Shown in pieces: positions 45,784-48,927 of a stretch of DNA of 48,927 bases (the first letter of the stretch is position 1; the number at the start of each line of letters is the position of its first letter). The DNA is from a virus. Its lineage: Duplodnaviria > Caudoviricetes. The notes under the pieces were generated by a model. That model was not told the DNA's origin. It worked only from the letters and a program-made list of their open reading frames with translations, and ran no database searches. Both the position numbers and the translations under genes were made by a program. The DNA lies in IMG/VR virus record IMGVR_UViG_3300035211_000002, positions 1 to 48,927 of that record; one strand, given 5' to 3'.

Positions 45784-45956
45784 AATAGAACAATGGCAGA
45801 AAACTGGGGAGAAAGGTGTAAGGTAGAGCTAACACATACGTTGCAATGCATGGTAAATGTAAAGTATCTTTTACATAGTGTAAAGTAAACTTGACATATT
45901 GTGAGCAGGTGCAGTGTAAGTAACAAAGATTATGATTAAGTAACAAGAGGTTAGGT

Positions 45957-46135
45957 AATGTTACAGATTGTTACAAAGTGTCTGGGTTGTCCCTCAATAG
46001 GAAATTTCCTAGCACTAAATAGGATTTCGATAGGATTTAAATAGGAAATAGGATATTTGTAACATTTTGTAACGTTGTTTGTTAACAAGGGGTTACGTAG
46101 TGCTACAGAGAAGTGGGGGAGAGGGGGTATGGGGG
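45957..46135. repeat. Inverted-repeat-bracketed ATAGGA array plus G-tracts; candidate physical end/packaging region
   Basis: 21-bp inverted repeat (18/21) at 45957/46056; ATAGGA at 45997, 46019, 46030, 46041, 46048; G5 tracts at 46115, 46123, 46131. Confidence 0.6.
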
Positions 46136-46367
46136 TCATGCTATTCAGTGAAACTCACCTAAAGATTTTCTCATAAAAATTATAGTATGTACAAAGTAGT
46201 GGTATAGTCTAGTACTAGATGTGCTCTGTATCGCCCTAGGATGACTTCTAAGGTACTATCTATTAATTTTAGGTATCAGGGTACCTGCGGAGTGGTCTAT
46301 GTAGTTCTACGATGCTCTATGCGCTTCTTTAGGCAGTACTAGTCCATAACTACATCGCCCATAACGC

Positions 46368-46550
46368 ACTACTAAGTAGTTTACTAAGATAATAACTTAG
46401 TTAATAAATAATCATTAGTAGTTATTATAGTAGAGATAACTTAGTTATTATTATAATAATATATATCATATAAAGATTAACTTAGTAATCTCGTAGAGAC
46501 AACTTAGTTAACTACTAAGTAGATTACTACATAGTACTATATAGTATTAT
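46368..46550. repeat. AT-rich palindrome array, candidate replication origin
   Basis: AACTTAGT x4, ACTACTAAGTAG x2, TCTCGTAGAGA, TACTATATAGTA. Confidence 0.65.
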
Positions 46551-46552
46551 AT

Positions 46553-46581
46553 ATTATATACTAAGTTTTCTTATTTGTCAA
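46553..46581 (-). promoter_or_regulatory. Consensus sigma70 promoter firing leftward into the palindrome array
   Basis: TTGACA-17bp-TATAAT. Confidence 0.82.
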
Positions 46582-46630
46582 TAATTAATTTCTGTTCTCT
46601 TAGAATTTCTATCCTCCTCATAAAAAGTTC

Positions 46631-46670
46631 TTGACTTTTGCAATTATTCATGGTATAATATACTATAAGC
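46631..46670 (+). promoter_or_regulatory. Sigma70-type promoter for the late arm
   Basis: TTGACT-17bp-TATAAT, extended TG, ATACTATAAGC. Confidence 0.9.
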
Positions 46671-46729
46671 TGAGCAAATGAAATACATTCGTTTGAGTGC
46701 AATCCCGCTCTCAGCTTTAGCTTCTAAAG
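46667..46729 (+). promoter_or_regulatory. Three-way-junction 5' leader RNA
   Basis: P1 46667-74/46710-17, P2 46675-82/46688-95, P3 46696-99/46706-09. Confidence 0.55.
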
Positions 46730-46740
46730 GAATTTAATCT

Positions 46741-47391
46741 ATGTCTACTATTGGTAATCATATCTCTCGCTGGGACTTGCAGCGAAATCAGTATCCCCTT
46801 AAATCCTTATCCTCGTCCTCAAAGAAATTTAACATTGGTGGTGGTGCGAGTGAGAATCTTGTAAGCTTGTACGCAGACTCTCTCACTGGCTCTGGTGGCG
46901 ATGGTCGTGTTGTTTACGCTCGCATCTATTTCGGTGATGGTGGTGGTGGTGAAGCTATCCGCGCTTACGGTACGATCAACAATGCTACGGTAGCTGTAGG
47001 CGGTACAGTTAATGGTGCCCACATCTCTCTGAGTGCTACTGGTGCCTCTGCTGCTGTCTCTGGTGCTGCCCATGCATTGCGCACTACTCTTGAAGTTGCA
47101 GACTCTGCCACTAACATTGGTGGTACTGTAGACGTTGTACAGGTTGACACCAGCTTCAGTGCTACTCCGACTATTCCAGCTAAGACTTCCTTCATTCGTG
47201 TTGATAATCTTGGTGCTGGTAAACTAAATTATCTGCTTGGTGTGACTAATCCGTCTACCACGATGTTTGCTGATGCAGGTACTGGTGCTAGTTCTGCTGG
47301 TGTAAGTACTGGTGGTGTTGCTGCTAAGGTACTAAAGGTAGATGTTGGTGGTACTGATTATTGGCTCCCCCTATTTTCTAGTAATGCTTAA
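46741..47391 (+). CDS. Gly/Ala-rich putative virion fibre protein
   Basis: 216 aa, beta-repeat-like, C-terminal LKVDVGGTDYWLPLF. Confidence 0.65.
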   Translation: MSTIGNHISRWDLQRNQYPLKSLSSSSKKFNIGGGASENLVSLYADSLTGSGGDGRVVYARIYFGDGGGGEAIRAYGTINNATVAVGGTVNGAHISLSATGASAAVSGAAHALRTTLEVADSATNIGGTVDVVQVDTSFSATPTIPAKTSFIRVDNLGAGKLNYLLGVTNPSTTMFADAGTGASSAGVSTGGVAAKVLKVDVGGTDYWLPLFSSNA

Positions 47392-47412
47392 TTATAATTA
47401 GGAGTTTCTATC

Positions 47413-47562
47413 TTGACCAAAGAAGAACTATTCGAACATCGCACTGAACTTCTTCAACTCATGGATCAGGCTAAGGCTAACTTCCATGCGTACGAAGGAG
47501 CGCTACAAGAATGTGACTATTGGCTAGACAAACTAACTGAGAAAGTATCCGATGGAGAATAA
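47413..47562 (+). CDS. 49-aa helical protein, TTG start (not in ORF track)
   Basis: AGGAG RBS; MTKEELFEHRTELLQLMDQAKANFHAYEGALQECDYWLDKL... Confidence 0.65.
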   Translation: MTKEELFEHRTELLQLMDQAKANFHAYEGALQECDYWLDKLTEKVSDGE

Positions 47563-48070
47563 TCCGTACAAAGACAGAATTGGTCGCTGGATTACCCAAG
47601 GACTTTTCTTGGAGACTTGTCTAGCCGATAAGTCTAATATTTGCTACACTCTCAAACCGTACGATCATGTGTATAAAGGTAAGGACCTGCCTTCTCTCAA
47701 GAAGATTTATCTCTCTCTAGAAGACCCAACTGAGTATCGTATTGCCACAGAGTATCTTGGTGGTTGGGATCACTGGCAGCGTATGTGTGGTAATAAACAG
47801 CTACTCAAGTACATCGAGGAGTGGCGTGCTGAACTAGAAGTTAAACTCCGTTCTAAAGCTATACAGGAAATTATCTCTGATTCTACCTCTCCGTCTAAGT
47901 CTGCTGTCTCCTCCGCTAAATGGTTAGCAGACAGGGGTTGGGCAGAGAAGCGTAAGGCTGGTGCACCTAGTAAACAAGAACAAGCTGGTATTGAAAAAAA
48001 GATAGAACAGAGTATTAAAGATTACGACGAAGACTACATACGTATTCAGAAACCACTTGAGTTTAAATAA
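47552..48070 (+). CDS. terS: Terminase small subunit
   Basis: DPTEY..A...LGGW.HW...W..ELEVKLRS.A motif; directly upstream of terL. Confidence 0.8.
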   Translation: MENNPYKDRIGRWITQGLFLETCLADKSNICYTLKPYDHVYKGKDLPSLKKIYLSLEDPTEYRIATEYLGGWDHWQRMCGNKQLLKYIEEWRAELEVKLRSKAIQEIISDSTSPSKSAVSSAKWLADRGWAEKRKAGAPSKQEQAGIEKKIEQSIKDYDEDYIRIQKPLEFK

Positions 48071-48072
48071 AC

Positions 48073-48927
48073 ATGGATCGTAATGACGAGACCAGGTTGG
48101 CTGCGGAGGCTGACCTGATTACTTTTATTAGACTGGTTGCCCCACAACGCGTGCTGGGCAATATTCATTTGGAGCTGCTACAATGGTGGACGAGATCAGA
48201 CGCAAAGAACCATCAATTAGTCCTACTTCCTCGGGGACATCAGAAGTCTATTATGCTTGCGTACCGGATTGCTTGGGAGATAACCAAAGACCCTGCGACT
48301 ACTGTTCTCTACATTTCTTCAACGAGCAATCTGGCAGAGAAGCAATTGGGAGCTATCAAGAATATTCTAACTAGTAAAGTGTACAGACGCTATTGGCCAG
48401 ACATGGTTCATCCAGAGGAGGGTAAGCGTGAGAAGTGGTCCGTTGGGGAATTTAGTGTCGATCATCCTCTCCGTAAAGAAGAAGGTGTCCGTGACCCTAC
48501 GGTATTTGCTGCTGGCCTTACTACTGCTATTACTGGCATGCATTGTAAGATTGCTGCTCTGGATGACGTTGTTACCCAAGAGAATGCCTACACAGAGGAC
48601 GGGCGCAGGAAGGTTGAGTCACAGTACTCCCTCCTCGCGTCCATCGAAGAACCAGATGCTAAAGAACTAGTTGTTGGTACTAGGTACCATCCTCGTGATT
48701 TGTACGATGCCATGACTGGTATGCGTGAAGATGTATACGATGAAGATGGCAACATTACTGAAACCAGACAGATATACGAGAAGTTTGAACGTGAAGTAGA
48801 GGATCGTGGTGATGGTACAGGTGAGTTCCTGTGGCCTCGTCAGCAACGTTCAGACGGTCAGTGGTTTGGTTTTAATACTCAAATTCTCATGACTAAGAAA
48901 GCCCAGTATCTGGACAAGACACAGTTC
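48073..48927 (+). CDS. terL: Terminase large subunit, N-terminal ATPase part (continues across the join)
   Basis: MDRNDETR...LLPRGHQKS (Walker A), TG.H.....LDD (Walker B), VGTRYH..DLY; absent from the ORF track because it runs off the end. Confidence 0.93.
   Translation, partial: MDRNDETRLAAEADLITFIRLVAPQRVLGNIHLELLQWWTRSDAKNHQLVLLPRGHQKSIMLAYRIAWEITKDPATTVLYISSTSNLAEKQLGAIKNILTSKVYRRYWPDMVHPEEGKREKWSVGEFSVDHPLRKEEGVRDPTVFAAGLTTAITGMHCKIAALDDVVTQENAYTEDGRRKVESQYSLLASIEEPDAKELVVGTRYHPRDLYDAMTGMREDVYDEDGNITETRQIYEKFEREVEDRGDGTGEFLWPRQQRSDGQWFGFNTQILMTKKAQYLDKTQF
48801..48927 (+). repeat. 127-bp terminal overlap (copy 2)
   Basis: Identical to 1-127. Confidence 0.97.

Larger units (their letters stand above)
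45660..45896. repeat. Five 18-bp TGTAAR-GTA-N6-AC(A/G) boxes
   Basis: Copies start at 45660, 45751, 45817, 45858 and 45879. Confidence 0.8.
1..48927. mobile_element. Complete lytic-type podovirus genome (Zobellviridae/PaP3/phiEco32-like layout), 48,800 bp unit length
   Basis: Terminal overlap; full terminase-portal-scaffold-capsid-tail-ejectosome-lysis set on +, replication/early set on -; no RNAP or integrase recognised. Confidence 0.9.

Noticed and set aside
45858-45875. NtcA (GTA-N8-TAC) or NifA (TGT-N10-ACA) site
   Set aside because: Spacing is TGT-N12-ACA, two bases too long for either
45660-45896. Mini-CRISPR array
   Set aside because: Repeats are only 18 bp, degenerate and irregularly spaced
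45570-46139. ORFs 45570-45926, 45764-45946 and 45951-46139
   Set aside because: No RBS, low-complexity translations that reflect the DNA repeats
1-48927. Impression that CTAG/AGTACT-type words are unusually frequent
   Set aside because: Not quantified; needs a Markov-corrected k-mer count and may just reflect codon usage

Overview
A complete, circularly assembled 48,800-bp podovirus genome (bases 1-127 equal 48801-48927, a k-mer-type overlap that cuts through terL). The layout has two arms. The + strand carries packaging, head, tail, ejected-protein and lysis genes (46741 through the join to 20968). The - strand carries early and replication genes (45542 down to 20965): a peptide-ligase/amidotransferase cluster, T7-like primase-helicase, family A DNA polymerase, SSB, nucleases and class Ia RNR. 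I see no phage RNA polymerase, integrase, tRNA or CRISPR. This fits the Zobellviridae/PaP3-LUZ24/phiEco32-like podoviruses that use host RNA polymerase. Alphaproteobacterial-type LexA boxes and RNR point to an alphaproteobacterial host (inference). The most unusual part is non-coding. A ~350-bp control region in front of the first early gene holds a sigma54 -24/-12 promoter, two consensus IHF sites, two GAAC-N7-GAAC LexA boxes and five TGT-N12-AC(A/G) boxes. Just downstream is a ~580-nt, hairpin-dense candidate large ncRNA. Other highlights: an R-STS-ExE ADP-ribosyltransferase at the end of the ejected-protein genes, an Ntn amidotransferase that appears to require an AUU start, a CCA/poly(A)-type nucleotidyltransferase, and a polymerase with an altered steric-gate network. 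All calls come from reading motifs by eye; no database search or folding program was run.
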